Source of the DNA: Dickeya dadantii NCPPB 898 | GTDB lineage: Bacteria > Pseudomonadota > Gammaproteobacteria > Enterobacterales > Enterobacteriaceae | Length of the DNA: 32,000 bases | Assembly: GCF_000406145.1 (NCBI RefSeq) | Contig: NZ_CM001976.1 | Span: 1,087,263-1,119,262, forward strand | Direction: 5' to 3' | Part shown: one piece after another, positions 1 to 10,376 of the stretch | Position numbering within the stretch: the first letter of the stretch is position 1 | How the letters are laid out: every line of letters begins with the position of its first letter | Notes under the pieces: model-generated | What the model was told of the DNA's origin: nothing | The model's database searches: none | The model's input: the letters and a program-made list of their open reading frames with translations, nothing else | Made by a program: the position numbers and the translations under genes

Positions 1-911
1 ATTTCCGTGATTTGTTTGATCTGTGCGCCCGTACCGATATCAAGAAACTGAACCGGCGGGTGCTGGAAAAACTGATCATGTCCGGCGCATTCGACCGGCT
101 GGGGCCGCATCGGGCGGCGCTGATGAATTCGCTGGCGGACGCCATGAAGTCGGCGGAACAGCACGCGAAGGCAGAGGCCATCGGTCAGGCGGATATGTTC
201 GGGGTGCTGGCGGAAACGCCTGAACAGGTGGAGCAGTCCTACAGCACGGTGCCGCCGTGGCCGGAACAGGTAGTGCTGGACGGCGAAAGGGAAACGCTGG
301 GCTTGTACTTAACCGGGCATCCCATCAACCAATATCTGAAGGAAATTGAACGCTATGCGGGAGGCGTGCGTTTAAAAGACATGCATCCCACGGAGCGGGG
401 AAAAATGACCACCGCCGTCGGGCTGGTGCTTGCCGCCCGGGTGATGGTGACCAAACGGGGCAACCGTATTGGCGTCTGCACGCTGGATGATCGTTCTGGT
501 CGTCTGGAAGTCATGCTGTTTACCGACGCGCTGGACAAATATCAGCACCTGCTGGAGCAGGATCGTATTTTGATTGCCAGCGGACAGGTCAGCTTTGATG
601 ACTTCAGCGGTGGACTTAAAATGACGGTCAGAGAGCTAATGGATATCAGCGAAGCGCGGGAAAAATACGCGCGCGGGCTTGCTATCTCGCTGACTGACAG
701 GCAAATTGATGACCAGTTGTTAAACCGTCTCCGTCAGTCGTTGGAACCCCATCGATCGGGGACGATTCCGGTGCATCTCTACTACCAGCGCCAGGATGCG
801 CGTGCCCGGCTACGTTTCGGTGCGGCATGGCGTATCACGCCCACCGATGGGTTGTTGAATGATTTACGTACCCTGGTTGGTAATGAACAGGTAGAACTGG
901 AATTTGACTAA
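1..911 (+). CDS. dnaE: DNA polymerase III alpha subunit, C-terminal fragment (5' end lies left of the window)
   Basis: The frame is open from the window edge (same frame as ORF 12..911) to TAA at 909-911. The translated tail (...[22 protein letters not shown]...[19 protein letters not shown]...VELEFD) matches the C-terminal OB-fold region of enterobacterial DnaE. accA follows 12 nt later, as in E. coli. Confidence 0.9.
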   Translation, partial: FRDLFDLCARTDIKKLNRRVLEKLIMSGAFDRLGPHRAALMNSLADAMKSAEQHAKAEAIGQADMFGVLAETPEQVEQSYSTVPPWPEQVVLDGERETLGLYLTGHPINQYLKEIERYAGGVRLKDMHPTERGKMTTAVGLVLAARVMVTKRGNRIGVCTLDDRSGRLEVMLFTDALDKYQHLLEQDRILIASGQVSFDDFSGGLKMTVRELMDISEAREKYARGLAISLTDRQIDDQLLNRLRQSLEPHRSGTIPVHLYYQRQDARARLRFGAAWRITPTDGLLNDLRTLVGNEQVELEFD

Positions 912-923
912 AATAGGAATACT

Positions 924-1883
924 ATGAGTCTGAATTTTCTTGATTTTGAGCAGCCGATTGCAGAGTTGGAAGCAAAGATTGATTCCCTGACCGCAGTCAG
1001 CCGCCAAGATGAAAAATTGGATATTAATCTGGATGAAGAAGTTAAGCGTCTGCGCGAAAAGAGCGTAGAACTGACGCGCAAAATCTTCGCCGATCTGGGT
1101 GCCTGGCAGATTGCCCAACTGGCGCGCCATCCACAGCGTCCTTATACCCTGGACTACGTTCAGCACATTTTCTCCGACTTTGACGAGCTGGCTGGCGATC
1201 GCGCTTATGCCGATGACAAGGCGATCGTCGGGGGCATCGCCCGTCTTGACGGACGTCCGGTGATGATTATTGGTCATCAGAAAGGCCGTGAAACCAAAGA
1301 AAAAATCCGTCGCAATTTCGGGATGCCGGCGCCAGAAGGTTACCGCAAGGCGCTGCGCCTGATGGAGATGGCCGAACGCTTCAAAATGCCGATCATCACC
1401 TTTATCGACACCCCAGGCGCGTATCCGGGCGTGGGGGCGGAAGAGCGCGGCCAGTCCGAAGCGATCGCCCGCAACCTGCGTGAAATGTCCAGCCTGAGCG
1501 TGCCGATCGTTTGTACTGTGATCGGCGAAGGTGGCTCCGGCGGCGCGCTGGCTATCGGTGTCGGCGACAAGGTGAACATGCTGCAATACAGCACCTATTC
1601 GGTTATTTCGCCGGAAGGCTGCGCCTCGATTCTGTGGAAAAGCGCCGACAAAGCGCCGCTGGCCGCGGAAGCGATGGGGATTACCGCACCGCGTCTGAAA
1701 GAGCTGAAGCTGATTGACTCGGTGATCCCGGAACCGCTGGGCTCAGCCCACCGTGATGTAGCGGCGATGGCCGCATCGCTGAAATCCCAGTTACTGTCCG
1801 ATTTGAACGAGCTGGATACGCTGAGCGAACAGGAATTGCTGAACCGCCGTTACCAGCGTTTGATGAATTACGGCTACTGCTGA
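924..1883 (+). CDS. accA: Acetyl-CoA carboxylase carboxyltransferase alpha subunit
   Basis: The 319-aa ORF ([22 protein letters not shown]...[19 protein letters not shown]...[20 protein letters not shown]) is near-colinear with E. coli AccA. An AGGA Shine-Dalgarno lies upstream and the gene sits next to dnaE as expected. Confidence 0.97.
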   Translation: MSLNFLDFEQPIAELEAKIDSLTAVSRQDEKLDINLDEEVKRLREKSVELTRKIFADLGAWQIAQLARHPQRPYTLDYVQHIFSDFDELAGDRAYADDKAIVGGIARLDGRPVMIIGHQKGRETKEKIRRNFGMPAPEGYRKALRLMEMAERFKMPIITFIDTPGAYPGVGAEERGQSEAIARNLREMSSLSVPIVCTVIGEGGSGGALAIGVGDKVNMLQYSTYSVISPEGCASILWKSADKAPLAAEAMGITAPRLKELKLIDSVIPEPLGSAHRDVAAMAASLKSQLLSDLNELDTLSEQELLNRRYQRLMNYGYC

Positions 1884-1906
1884 TTTACCTCGCTATGCAT
1901 CAAACA

Positions 1907-1938
1907 AGTCCGCGATTGGGAACGATCGCGGACTTTTT
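1907..1938 (+). terminator. Rho-independent terminator after accA
   Basis: A 10-bp stem (AGTCCGCGAT 1907-1916 with ATCGCGGACT 1925-1934) is followed by TTTTT. Confidence 0.7.
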
Positions 1939-2069
1939 GTTATGCTGATAACGCTTTTAGGCGATGCGCCATCCCTGCGGCGGCGTATTGCACGATCTGC
2001 ATTTTTTCTCCTCAACCATGACATGGCATCGGCGAGCGTGGTTGCCTGCCATTCAGGGAAATTACTCTG

Positions 2070-2459
2070 ATGCTGACATTGCTGGATGTTCACCATATCG
2101 CGATTATTGCCTCGGATTATGAGCGCAGTAAGCGTTTCTATTGCGACGTGCTCGGTTTTACGCTGCAACAGGAGGTCTACCGGGCTGCCCGCGACTCCTG
2201 GAAAGGCGATCTGGCGCTTAACGGCCATTATCTGATCGAACTGTTTTCATTCCCTTCGCCGCCGGCGCGCGTCAGTCGGCCGGAAGCCTGTGGGCTGCGC
2301 CATCTGGCGTTTGCCGTTGACGATATCGAACAGGCGGTCACTGCGCTGAACGGAGCGGGAGTCGACTGTGAACCGGTGCGGACAGACGAGTACACCGGTC
2401 GCCGTTTTACTTTCTTTGCCGATCCGGACGGATTGCCGCTTGAGCTGTATGAACGCTGA
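2070..2459 (+). CDS. yaeR: VOC/glyoxalase-family protein YaeR
   Basis: The 129-aa ORF (VHHIAIIASDYERSKRFYCDVLGF...RDSWKGDLALNG...RPEACGLRHLAF...FFADPDGLPLELYE) closely parallels E. coli YaeR and occupies the same position between accA and tilS. Confidence 0.85.
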   Translation: MLTLLDVHHIAIIASDYERSKRFYCDVLGFTLQQEVYRAARDSWKGDLALNGHYLIELFSFPSPPARVSRPEACGLRHLAFAVDDIEQAVTALNGAGVDCEPVRTDEYTGRRFTFFADPDGLPLELYER

Positions 2460-3777
2460 TACCGACATCTTCCCTGAACTGCTGGCGGCGATTGATGCGC
2501 AGATCGCGGCGGACGGGCGCTATCTGGTGGCGTACAGCGGCGGTCTGGACTCCAGCGTGCTGCTGCATCTGATGACGCGCCTGCGCCGGCGGCGCGCGTT
2601 GTCTCTGCGGGCGGTGTATGTGCATCACGGCCTGAGCGCGCACGCCGATACGTGGGCCGAACATTGCCGCGCCCAGTGTTTGCGCTGGCAGGTGTCGTTT
2701 GATGTATTGCCGGTTCAGGTGGATGCCCACGACGGCGGCGTTGAAGCCGCGGCACGGGCGGCGCGTTATCAGGCGTTGCAACAGCATTTGCATGACGGGG
2801 AAACGCTGCTGACGGCCCAACATCAGGATGATCAGAGCGAAACGTTCCTGCTGGCGCTTAAGCGTGGAAGTGGGCCCGCCGGGCTGGCGTCGATGGCGGC
2901 GACCGCGCAACCGAACGGCGTTCGGCTGCAACGCCCGCTGCTGGGGATAACCCGCGCACAGCTGGACGCTTATGCCGGGGCTTACCAACTGGCCTGGGTG
3001 GAGGACGATAGTAATGCCGATGAGCGCTACGACCGCAATTTTCTGCGCCGGCAGGTGTTGCCATTGCTGAAACGGCGCTGGCCTCATTTCCCGTCGGCGG
3101 TAGCGCGCAGCGCCGAACTGTGCGCTGAACAGGAACAACTGCTGGATGAGCTGCTGGCTGAGTCGCTGGCGACGCTGCGCAATGCCTATGGCGCGTTGAG
3201 CGTGGCGGCGTTGGCGCCGATGAGCGCCGCCCGCCGTTTCGCCTTGTTGCGTCGTTGGCTGGCGGAGCAGGGCGCGCACATGCCGTCTCGCGGGCAACTA
3301 ACGCGATTGTGGGAAGACGTGGCGGCCAGCCGTGATGATGCCAACCCGTGCCTGCAGCTCGGTGCGTGGCAGGTCAGGCGGTTTCGCCACTACCTGTATC
3401 TGCTGCCGGCGATGAACCCGTTAACCGAATATGTGCTGCCGTGGCAGCCAGCGGCAGCGCCGTTGCCGTTGCCGGATAACCTCGGGCAACTGCGGGTTTC
3501 GGCGCAAGGAACCTGGATGCGGCAGCCGCACGATGATGAAGCCGTCACGGTGCGTTTCGGTTTTCAGGGGTACGTGCAGATAGTCGGGCGTGCTCATGGC
3601 CGCCCTATCAAGAAGCTATGGCAGGAGCTGGATGTGCCGCCGTGGCTGCGGGAACGTACGCCGCTGATTTTCTATAACGATCGGTTAATTGCGGCGGTCG
3701 GGCGATTTGTGACCCGTGAAGGGCAGGCGGCGTCGGAGGATAGCGGGTGGTTTATCGACTGGAGCGAACCGAAATAA
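2449..3777 (+). CDS. tilS: tRNA(Ile)-lysidine synthase
   Basis: An in-frame ATG at 2449 (MNADTDIF...) overlaps the yaeR stop by 11 nt. The PP-loop motif YLVAYSGGLDSSVLLHL and tRNA-binding-type middle and C-terminal regions are present. The ORF-track start at 2368 is an upstream extension inside yaeR. Confidence 0.9.
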   Translation: MNADTDIFPELLAAIDAQIAADGRYLVAYSGGLDSSVLLHLMTRLRRRRALSLRAVYVHHGLSAHADTWAEHCRAQCLRWQVSFDVLPVQVDAHDGGVEAAARAARYQALQQHLHDGETLLTAQHQDDQSETFLLALKRGSGPAGLASMAATAQPNGVRLQRPLLGITRAQLDAYAGAYQLAWVEDDSNADERYDRNFLRRQVLPLLKRRWPHFPSAVARSAELCAEQEQLLDELLAESLATLRNAYGALSVAALAPMSAARRFALLRRWLAEQGAHMPSRGQLTRLWEDVAASRDDANPCLQLGAWQVRRFRHYLYLLPAMNPLTEYVLPWQPAAAPLPLPDNLGQLRVSAQGTWMRQPHDDEAVTVRFGFQGYVQIVGRAHGRPIKKLWQELDVPPWLRERTPLIFYNDRLIAAVGRFVTREGQAASEDSGWFIDWSEPK

Positions 3778-3779
3778 AA

Positions 3780-3801
3780 ACGGACAACCCTCGTTGTCCG
3801 T
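3780..3801 (-). terminator. Hairpin terminator between convergent tilS and rof
   Basis: A 9-bp stem (ACGGACAAC 3780-3788 with GTTGTCCGT 3793-3801) has a 4-nt loop. On the minus strand it is followed by a T run (TTTTTATTT). On the plus strand it sits right after the tilS stop. Confidence 0.6.
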
Positions 3802-3822
3802 TGCTGTAGATGAAGAGGGTTG

Positions 3823-4083
3823 TCAGGGCTCGCTGACCACCACTTTACCAATTTCAGGGTGACTGAAGCTGAGGATATGGTCGAGGCGGAGTTCGTGTTT
3901 CTGGCCCGCCTCTTCAATCACCAGATATTCGATATTTTTTCGAGAGATCATATCGCTGGCTTTACCGACTACGACCTCGCCGGTGCGCAGTTCGACCGTC
4001 AGCGTCAGATGCTGCTGGCAGGTGGCTTCCAGGTTATCGTAGTCATCACAATTGATGGGTTGATATTCATTACTCATTGACAT
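3823..4083 (-). CDS. rof: Rho-binding antiterminator Rof (YaeO)
   Basis: The 86-aa ORF ([22 protein letters not shown]......ASD..SRKN.EYLV...AG...[19 protein letters not shown]) matches E. coli Rof. The start may be the M at 4083 or at 4077. Confidence 0.85.
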   Translation of the reverse strand: MSMSNEYQPINCDDYDNLEATCQQHLTLTVELRTGEVVVGKASDMISRKNIEYLVIEEAGQKHELRLDHILSFSHPEIGKVVVSEP

Positions 4084-4270
4084 AATCGCTCACCAATAAG
4101 TTAGCAGCGGCATAGGCCGCCTGTTCCCTGACAGAGGATGGTAATTCGCTGTTCGTCGCGATGCCATCCAGGGTTTTCAATACACAACCCAGCGCGTCGG
4201 GTATAAACCCCAGATCGCCACTGGCGATCTCCGCGTACAGACGGCGTACTAATTCACTGTATTGTTGCAT
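4070..4270 (-). CDS. yaeP: YaeP family small protein
   Basis: The 66-aa ORF ends ...[21 protein letters not shown]...[19 protein letters not shown], very close to E. coli YaeP. It overlaps the rof start by 14 nt, as in the E. coli yaeP-rof operon. Confidence 0.85.
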   Translation of the reverse strand: MQQYSELVRRLYAEIASGDLGFIPDALGCVLKTLDGIATNSELPSSVREQAAYAAANLLVSDYVNE

Positions 4271-4509
4271 AATATCCTCCCTTAGAGCTTAACCCGGTAG
4301 AGATTCATGCACCCTTCATTGTTATCGTGACTGCAATGTAAGTCTACGAAGATAAACTCTCATCTTCTTTCCGACTATAGCATAGGCCCCGGCAGGTTAT
4401 CAGCATAATGCAACAGCATAATTCTGCTGTTACCGCCCGTAACGCGCATGCGACTGTGATGTACGTCGCTGCTGAGGTAGACTAACGGCTCTGTAACCAG
4501 GGGTAGAGA

Positions 4510-5058
4510 ATGGCCTTAAAAGCAACCGTTTACAAAGCCAGCGTCAACATCGCCGATATGGATCGCGCGTTTTTTCAGGATGTCAGCCTGACGCTGGCTC
4601 AGCACCCTTCCGAAACCGACCAGCGCATGATGCTGCGGCTACTGGCGTGGATCTGCCATGCCGATGACCGGCTGCGTTTCACCAAGGGATTGAGTGCCGA
4701 TGACGAACCGGAAATCTGGCAACACAGCGACGACGGTCAGCTGATGCTATGGATTGAGCTGGGCCTGCCCGATGAAAAACGCCTGAAAAAAGCCTGTAGT
4801 CTGTCGCCCGAGGTGGTGCTGTATGCCTACGGCGAACGCGCCGCCCGGGTATGGTGGCAAAACATGGCCGACAAGGCGGCGTCTCTGAGCAATCTGACCG
4901 TGCTTTTTCTCGATGATCAGCAACTGGCGAGCCTGGCTGCGCTGGCGCAGCGCTCCATGACATTACAGGCGACGTTGCAGGAAGGAACTATCTGGCTGTC
5001 TGACGATCAGAATAATCTGGAATTGTCGTTCAGTAGCTGGCAAATTGCCCAAGGTTAA
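4510..5058 (+). CDS. yaeQ: YaeQ family protein
   Basis: The 182-aa ORF ([19 protein letters not shown]...[22 protein letters not shown]...DDEPE.W...[16 protein letters not shown]...[21 protein letters not shown]) is colinear with E. coli YaeQ. Confidence 0.9.
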   Translation: MALKATVYKASVNIADMDRAFFQDVSLTLAQHPSETDQRMMLRLLAWICHADDRLRFTKGLSADDEPEIWQHSDDGQLMLWIELGLPDEKRLKKACSLSPEVVLYAYGERAARVWWQNMADKAASLSNLTVLFLDDQQLASLAALAQRSMTLQATLQEGTIWLSDDQNNLELSFSSWQIAQG

Positions 5059-5103
5059 GGATGATCTGACAGCATGCCAGCACAACACAGCAGGAGAATA
5101 AGG

Positions 5104-5706
5104 ATGAAAAAACTGGCGACAGGGGTATTGCTTGCTCTTTTATTATCGGGGTTGATGGGATGCCATTCCCGCACTCAGATTCAGGAAGAACCATTGCGCC
5201 CGATGGCGCAGTATTACCGCGGTAAGTTGCCCTGCGGCGCGTGTGGCGAGATGGATACGTCGCTGTTTTTGAACGCGGACGGCAGTTTCGTCATGCAGGA
5301 GAGCTACCCGTCCGGGGCTGACGGCAACGCGACCGTTGCCGAATCGGGCCGCTGGAGCCGTACCGCTGAACGGCTGGTGCTGACCGATAACGATGGCGAG
5401 AAGCGTTATTTCCGCCCGTTAAATAATGACCTTGAAGCCTTGGGCGATGACGGTCAGCCGTTGGAAGCCGCCACTCAGCGTTACCGTCTGTTTGCCGTGG
5501 ATAAACAGGAGAAACCAGTCGCGCCCGCCTGTCTGAGCCAGCTTTCCGGCCGTGATATGCGCGCGATAACGGCCGCTGTTGAGCGTTATATGACGAATCG
5601 ACCGGATGGGCATGTGTTTTCCGTTACGATGGAACCGGAGATCGCTACCGTGCGTGTGAGCTATTACTCTTATTCCCGCGTGGTCGCCTATCCTGTGGCC
5701 CTGTGA
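5104..5706 (+). CDS. nlpE: NlpE(CutF)-like outer-membrane lipoprotein (N-terminal NlpE domain)
   Basis: An internal ATG at 5104 follows AGGAGA. A lipoprotein signal with lipobox (MKKLATGVLLALLLSGLMG|C) is present. The CXXC segment YRGKLPCGACGEMDTSLFLNADGSFVM and ...WSRTAERLVLTD..GEKRYF resemble the E. coli NlpE N-domain. The C-terminal half diverges. Same position after yaeQ as in E. coli. Confidence 0.7.
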   Translation: MKKLATGVLLALLLSGLMGCHSRTQIQEEPLRPMAQYYRGKLPCGACGEMDTSLFLNADGSFVMQESYPSGADGNATVAESGRWSRTAERLVLTDNDGEKRYFRPLNNDLEALGDDGQPLEAATQRYRLFAVDKQEKPVAPACLSQLSGRDMRAITAAVERYMTNRPDGHVFSVTMEPEIATVRVSYYSYSRVVAYPVAL

Positions 5707-5742
5707 CACAGCCCGGGAGCGACGAGCGGGCTGAGATAGCGT

Positions 5743-5776
5743 GAGCGGAGAACCGAAAAACCGTTGTTCTCCGCTC
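5743..5776. terminator. Hairpin between convergent nlpE-like gene and mutS
   Basis: An 11-bp stem (GAGCGGAGAAC 5743-5753 with GTTCTCCGCTC 5766-5776) has a 12-nt loop. There is only a weak T tract (GACGGTTTT) downstream on the plus strand. Confidence 0.4.
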
Positions 5777-5783
5777 GACGGTT

Positions 5784-8342
5784 TTACATCATTCCTTTCA
5801 GCTTATACAGCCAGTCCAGCGCCTGACGCGGCGTTAGCGCATCCGGGTCGATGGCTTCCAGCGCGTCCAGCGCCGGCGACGGTTCTTCCGGCGCGAGCAA
5901 CGCGAGCTGCGAGCCGTCGACATGGCTGGCCGAAGCGTGGCCTGCCAGTGACTCCAGTTCTTTCAGCTTTTGTCTTGCCCGCTTGATAACTTCTTTCGGC
6001 ACGCCGGCCAGCGCCGCTACGGCCAGCCCGTAACTCTTGCTGGCCGCGCCGTCCTGCACGCTGTGCATAAAGGCGATGGTGTCGCCATGCTCCAGTGCGT
6101 CGAGATGGATGTTGATCACGCCTTCCATTTTTTCCGGCAGGTTGGTGAGCTCGAAATAGTGCGTGGCGAACAGGGTCATGGCCTTGATTTTGTTCGCCAG
6201 CGCTTCAGCGCAGGCCCAGGCCAGCGACAGACCGTCGTAAGTCGAGGTGCCGCGTCCGATTTCGTCCATCAACACCAGACTCTGTTCGGTGGCGTTATGC
6301 AGAATATTGGCGGTTTCCGTCATTTCCACCATGAAGGTTGAGCGACCGGAGGCCAGGTCATCGGCTGCGCCGACACGGGTAAAGATCCGGTCCACCGGGC
6401 CAATCACCGCCTGCTCGGCCGGGACGTAGCTGCCGATATGCGCCATCAATACAATCAGCGCCGCCTGGCGCATGTAGGTGCTTTTCCCGCCCATATTGGG
6501 GCCGGTGATGATCAGCAGCCGGCGCTGAGGCGACAGCGACAGCGGGTTGGCGATAAAGGGTTCGCTCAGTACCTGTTCCACCACCGGGTGGCGGCCGCCG
6601 GTAATCCTGATCCCCGGTTTGTCGCTGAGGGTGGGGCAGACGTAGTTCAGCGTGTCGGCGCGCTCGGCCAGATTGGTCAGGACATCCAGTTCCGCCAGCG
6701 CGCCGGCGCTTTGCTGTAGGTCCGCCAGATGCGGCAGCAGCAGGTCGAACAATTCTTCGTACAGGGCTTTTTCCAGCGCCAGCGCCTTGCCTTTTGAGGT
6801 CAGTACCTTGTCTTCGTATTCTTTCAGTTCGGGTATGATGTAGCGCTCGGCGTTTTTCAGCGTCTGGCGGCGTACATAATTCATCGGCACCAGATGGCTC
6901 TGCCCGCGGCTGACCTGAATGTAGTAACCGTGCACGCCGTTGAACCCGACTTTCAGGGTATCGATACCGAGCCGGTCGCGTTCGCGGATTTCCAGTTTTT
7001 CCAGATAGTCGCTGGCGCCGTCGGCCAGCATACGCCACTCATCCAGCTCGTCGTTGTAGCCGCCGGCGATGACGCCGCCATCGCGCACCAACACCGGCGG
7101 CGCTTCCACCACTGCGCGTTCCAGCAGGTCGCGCAGCTCATCAAACTGCCCGACCTGGGTGCGCAGTTGTTGTACCGCTTCAGCGCCGACTGTTTCCAGC
7201 AACACGTGAATATCCGGCAGTTGCTGAAAGGCATGACGCATTCTGGCTAGATCGCGCGGACGCGCCGAACGCAGCGCCAGACGCGCCAGAATTCGCTCCA
7301 GATCGCCCACCTGACGCAGATACGGCTGCAGCTCGGCTGCCACATCCCGCAGTGCGCCGATGGCCTGCTGGCGCCGCAGCAGCGCCTGAGCGTCACGAAT
7401 CGGCGCGTGCAGCCAGCGCTTAAGCATACGGCTGCCCATTGGCGTCACGGTACGGTCCAGTACTGAAGCCAGGGTATTTTCACCGCTGCCGGACAGGTTC
7501 TGGGTCAGTTCCAGATTACGGCGCGTCGCCGCATCCATGATGATGCCGTCTTGCTGGCGTTCCACGGTGATGCTGCGGATATGCGGCAGCGAGGTTCGTT
7601 GGGTATCTTTGGCGTATTGCAACAGACAACCGGCGGCACGCAGCCCCATGTGCGCCTGTTCTACGCCGAAACCGGTCAGGTCGCGGGTGCCGAATTGTAG
7701 ATTTAACTGCTGGCGGGCGGTGTCCAGTTCGAACTCCCACAGCGGACGGCGGCGCAGCCCGTGGCGATGTTCAATCAGGGACATCGCCTCAAAGGTTTCC
7801 GGATAGAGCAATTCCGCCGGATTGGTGCGCTGCAATTCCGCCGCCATGGTTTCCCGGTCAACTGGCTCCACCAGCCGGAAACGGCCGGAACTGATATCCA
7901 GCGTGGCGTAGCCGAATCCCCGGCCTTCCTGCCAGACGGCGGCCAGCAGGTTATCCTGCTTTTCCTGTAACAGCGCTTCATCACTGATGGTGCCGGGGGT
8001 GACGATGCGCACCACTTTGCGTTCTACCGGCCCTTTGCTGGTGGCCGGGTCGCCAATCTGTTCACAAATTGCGACCGATTCACCCAACTGCACCAGTTTG
8101 GCCAGATAGTTTTCTACTGCATGATGAGGGACACCGGCCATCGGAATCGGTTCGCCGGCGGAAGCGCCGCGTTTGGTCAGCGAGATATCCAGCAATTGCG
8201 AGGCGCGTTTGGCATCGCCGTAAAACAGTTCATAGAAGTCGCCCATGCGGTAAAACAGCAAAATATCGGGATGCTGGGCTTTCAGCTTCAGGTACTGCTG
8301 CATCATGGGGGTGTGGGCGTCTAAACTCTCTGGTGTACTCAT
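5784..8342 (-). CDS. mutS: DNA mismatch repair protein MutS
   Basis: The 852-aa ORF has the N-terminal mismatch-binding signature [31 protein letters not shown] and the Walker A motif [15 protein letters not shown]. It is full-length and colinear with enterobacterial MutS. Confidence 0.97.
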   Translation of the reverse strand: MSTPESLDAHTPMMQQYLKLKAQHPDILLFYRMGDFYELFYGDAKRASQLLDISLTKRGASAGEPIPMAGVPHHAVENYLAKLVQLGESVAICEQIGDPATSKGPVERKVVRIVTPGTISDEALLQEKQDNLLAAVWQEGRGFGYATLDISSGRFRLVEPVDRETMAAELQRTNPAELLYPETFEAMSLIEHRHGLRRRPLWEFELDTARQQLNLQFGTRDLTGFGVEQAHMGLRAAGCLLQYAKDTQRTSLPHIRSITVERQQDGIIMDAATRRNLELTQNLSGSGENTLASVLDRTVTPMGSRMLKRWLHAPIRDAQALLRRQQAIGALRDVAAELQPYLRQVGDLERILARLALRSARPRDLARMRHAFQQLPDIHVLLETVGAEAVQQLRTQVGQFDELRDLLERAVVEAPPVLVRDGGVIAGGYNDELDEWRMLADGASDYLEKLEIRERDRLGIDTLKVGFNGVHGYYIQVSRGQSHLVPMNYVRRQTLKNAERYIIPELKEYEDKVLTSKGKALALEKALYEELFDLLLPHLADLQQSAGALAELDVLTNLAERADTLNYVCPTLSDKPGIRITGGRHPVVEQVLSEPFIANPLSLSPQRRLLIITGPNMGGKSTYMRQAALIVLMAHIGSYVPAEQAVIGPVDRIFTRVGAADDLASGRSTFMVEMTETANILHNATEQSLVLMDEIGRGTSTYDGLSLAWACAEALANKIKAMTLFATHYFELTNLPEKMEGVINIHLDALEHGDTIAFMHSVQDGAASKSYGLAVAALAGVPKEVIKRARQKLKELESLAGHASASHVDGSQLALLAPEEPSPALDALEAIDPDALTPRQALDWLYKLKGMM

Positions 8343-8862
8343 CGCGTTGTGATGTCCATCTTCTTAAATTTTAATGAGTTAACGATACTGGCGATGCTCA
8401 TTAGCTCTCATGAAATCCTGTGCTTTACTGCTGGCCGGTCTGGTTATTACCCCGGAAGAGGGGGAATGTTCGACCAGCATGGCTTTCATTGGTATGCAGG
8501 CTGCATGATAACGGAGTCTTTAAGGCAGGAAAATAAGAGGGGCGGCCGTATTCTTCGAGCGTGCTCGAAACAATGGCATTTAGTAGTAGCCAAATAATGA
8601 GGGCGGCCTGCTTTCGACGCGCTTTTTTAGTGGTGCCTTGTTCTGGCGGCGGCAAGGGGGGCTTTTAACCAAGGGGATATCGAAGAACGTAACTGACCAG
8701 GTAAAGTCGGGTGCTGAATGCGCAATCACCCAGGCGGTTCAATAGGGTAGTTGTGGAAAAACGCACTACTTTGTGGCGTTTTTGTGGCGTTGACCAGCCC
8801 ATCACCCGGAAATAAGCATGGGCTGGCTAACGTGGCGCGATATCCGGTACCGCTATTAATGA

Positions 8863-9577
8863 TTAGTTATGGAAGGTCACTGATTCGCTGATATTTACGC
8901 GATCCATTCTCATGCGGTTACCCGGTGCGGCTTCATCGGGATAACCAAAGGAGATGCCAAACAATAGCTTCAAATTATCGGGGATACCGAGGAAGTGACG
9001 TATAGGATCGGCAAAAAATCCGAGAGAGGTTTGCGGGATGCCGCCCAGCCCGTGCGCAGCAAGAGACAGCAGAAAAGTCTGGCCGTACATGCCGATATCG
9101 CCTGCTACGCGGACATTGTCACCAAACGTCGGCATGAAGAGCAGTGCAACATGCGGAGCGTTAAAAAAAAGAGTAATTATAGGCGACAGCCCGGTGGCGC
9201 CCCTCTTTGTCCTCACGGGCAATATTCATGGCTTCATAATAAGCCTTGCCCTGTGCATTTTTACGTTCGCCGTATACGCCATAAAAATGGTCCATATCGA
9301 AGGTAAAATCGGGAGTAAACGCCCCGGCATTATTCTTCTCATGGAGTATTTTCGCCAGTTCCGTCAGCTTGTTGCCTGAAACGATATGTACATTCCACGA
9401 CTGGGTATTGCAGTTAGAAGGAGCGTGCTGGGCGTCTTCTAATACATTGCGCAATATTTCCTCCGGAACAGGAGTCGGAAGAAAACCCCGGTAAGAACGA
9501 CGAAGCCTTACTGTTTTGCTAAAGGACTGTGCGTCATGAAGGGGGGACTGCGGTTGGGTAAGTATCGTGCTGTTCAT
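8863..9577 (-). pseudogene. Nitroreductase-family gene interrupted by a +1 frameshift in a T8 (plus-strand A8) homopolymer
   Basis: ORF 9161..9685(-) carries the N-terminal half (real start MNSTILTQ at 9577, behind AGGAGG) and ends ...AVAYNYSFF*. ORF 8863..9222(-) continues ...LFFNAPHVALLFMP...GYPDE in another frame. The two frames meet exactly at A8 (9163-9170). Removing one base gives a continuous protein of about 237 aa (…YNYSFFNAPHVALLF…). Confidence 0.75.
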
Positions 9578-9611
9578 TTGTACCTCCTGTAGCGGGCTTA
9601 ATTCTCTGGAA

Positions 9612-10346
9612 TCAAGCCGAAACTGCTCTGTTACGAGCCACAATGTGATCGTGGGTAAGGGCTTCTCCGGCAGACATAAACTCATCCATCAGAGCATCTC
9701 TGTTTTTTGGCGCACGGGCTTTGTCTGCATCCAGCAGCGCTGTTTTTAGTTCAGCAGGAGACAATTCAGTGCAGTACGCCGGCGTGCCAGGTTGCTGACG
9801 CCAGGATTCGGTCAGCGAGCCTGCGTCTACGGGTTCAAACCCCGTTTCACTCACTAATGCCATCGTGATGGATTTTGCTTTTTCGTCGTCGCCGGCAACA
9901 GGGAGGGCGATTCTTCCGGCGGCACCGGCTGGCAGGCCTTTGTCTGACAGGGTGGCGGCCAGCACGGCATTCCACGCCTTGATGAGTGGCCGCCCGACTT
10001 GCTCGCCGGCCCAGACGCTTTCAGGTTTTCCATGCTCAACATCGGCAATCGAACCGTCGCGAAACGGATAGTAATTCGACGTATCGATGACGGTCGCATT
10101 TGCCGGTGCCTTGCTTAGCAAGGTCGCGAGTTCACTGTGCTTCCCGAAAGGAATGGCAAGGATAATCACGTCAACATCACGGATGGCTTCCTCGTGTGTA
10201 ACCGCCCTGGCGCCAGCGTCGCGGGCGATGTCACGAATAGTGTCGGGCCCTCTGGAGTTGGTGATTTTTACGATATGCCCGCTGGCAGAAAGCTTTCTGG
10301 CCAGTGATGCGCCAATATTGCCTGCGCCAATGATGCTAATAATCAT
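9612..10346 (-). CDS. NAD(P)-binding oxidoreductase (NADPH-dependent F420 reductase / NpdG-like fold)
   Basis: The 244-aa ORF has an N-terminal Rossmann motif (MIISIIGAGNIGASLARKLSASGH.V...NSRGP). It starts 30 nt after the MarR gene stop and ends 34 nt before the nitroreductase start. Confidence 0.75.
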   Translation of the reverse strand: MIISIIGAGNIGASLARKLSASGHIVKITNSRGPDTIRDIARDAGARAVTHEEAIRDVDVIILAIPFGKHSELATLLSKAPANATVIDTSNYYPFRDGSIADVEHGKPESVWAGEQVGRPLIKAWNAVLAATLSDKGLPAGAAGRIALPVAGDDEKAKSITMALVSETGFEPVDAGSLTESWRQQPGTPAYCTELSPAELKTALLDADKARAPKNRDALMDEFMSAGEALTHDHIVARNRAVSA

Positions 10347-10376
10347 GAGGTTTCCTTCTGTGAGAATGCGCCGTCG

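Noticed and set aside
864-1594. Minus-strand ORFs 864..1586 and 1340..1594, antisense to accA. Also 6358..7038(-), an alternative-frame ORF on the same strand as mutS, and the short plus-strand ORFs 5851..8374 inside mutS.
   Set aside because: All lie entirely within highly conserved housekeeping genes, either on the opposite strand or out of frame. Their composition is that of shadow ORFs.
1893-2228. A 111-aa minus-strand ORF spanning the accA terminator and the yaeR 5' end.
   Set aside because: It crosses a clear rho-independent terminator, overlaps the conserved yaeR start and has no recognisable domain.
2228-3297. Long minus-strand ORFs 2228..2755 and 2407..3297 (175 and 296 aa).
   Set aside because: They are antisense to the well-supported yaeR and tilS genes. 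Their Arg/Pro/Gln/Ala-rich composition is typical of the reverse frame of GC-rich coding DNA, and I see no recognisable motifs.
8349-8655. ORFs 8349..8597(+) and 8425..8655(-) in the 520-nt region upstream of mutS. Also an imperfect 17-nt direct repeat (AAATAAGAGGGGCGGCC at 8531-8547 and AAATAATGAGGGCGGCC at 8593-8609) and the palindrome TTCGAGC-GT-GCTCGAA (8554-8569).
   Set aside because: The ORFs have no start context or motifs and overlap each other. The repeat matches at only 14/17 positions. These may be regulatory or sRNA features, but I cannot support any specific call from sequence alone.
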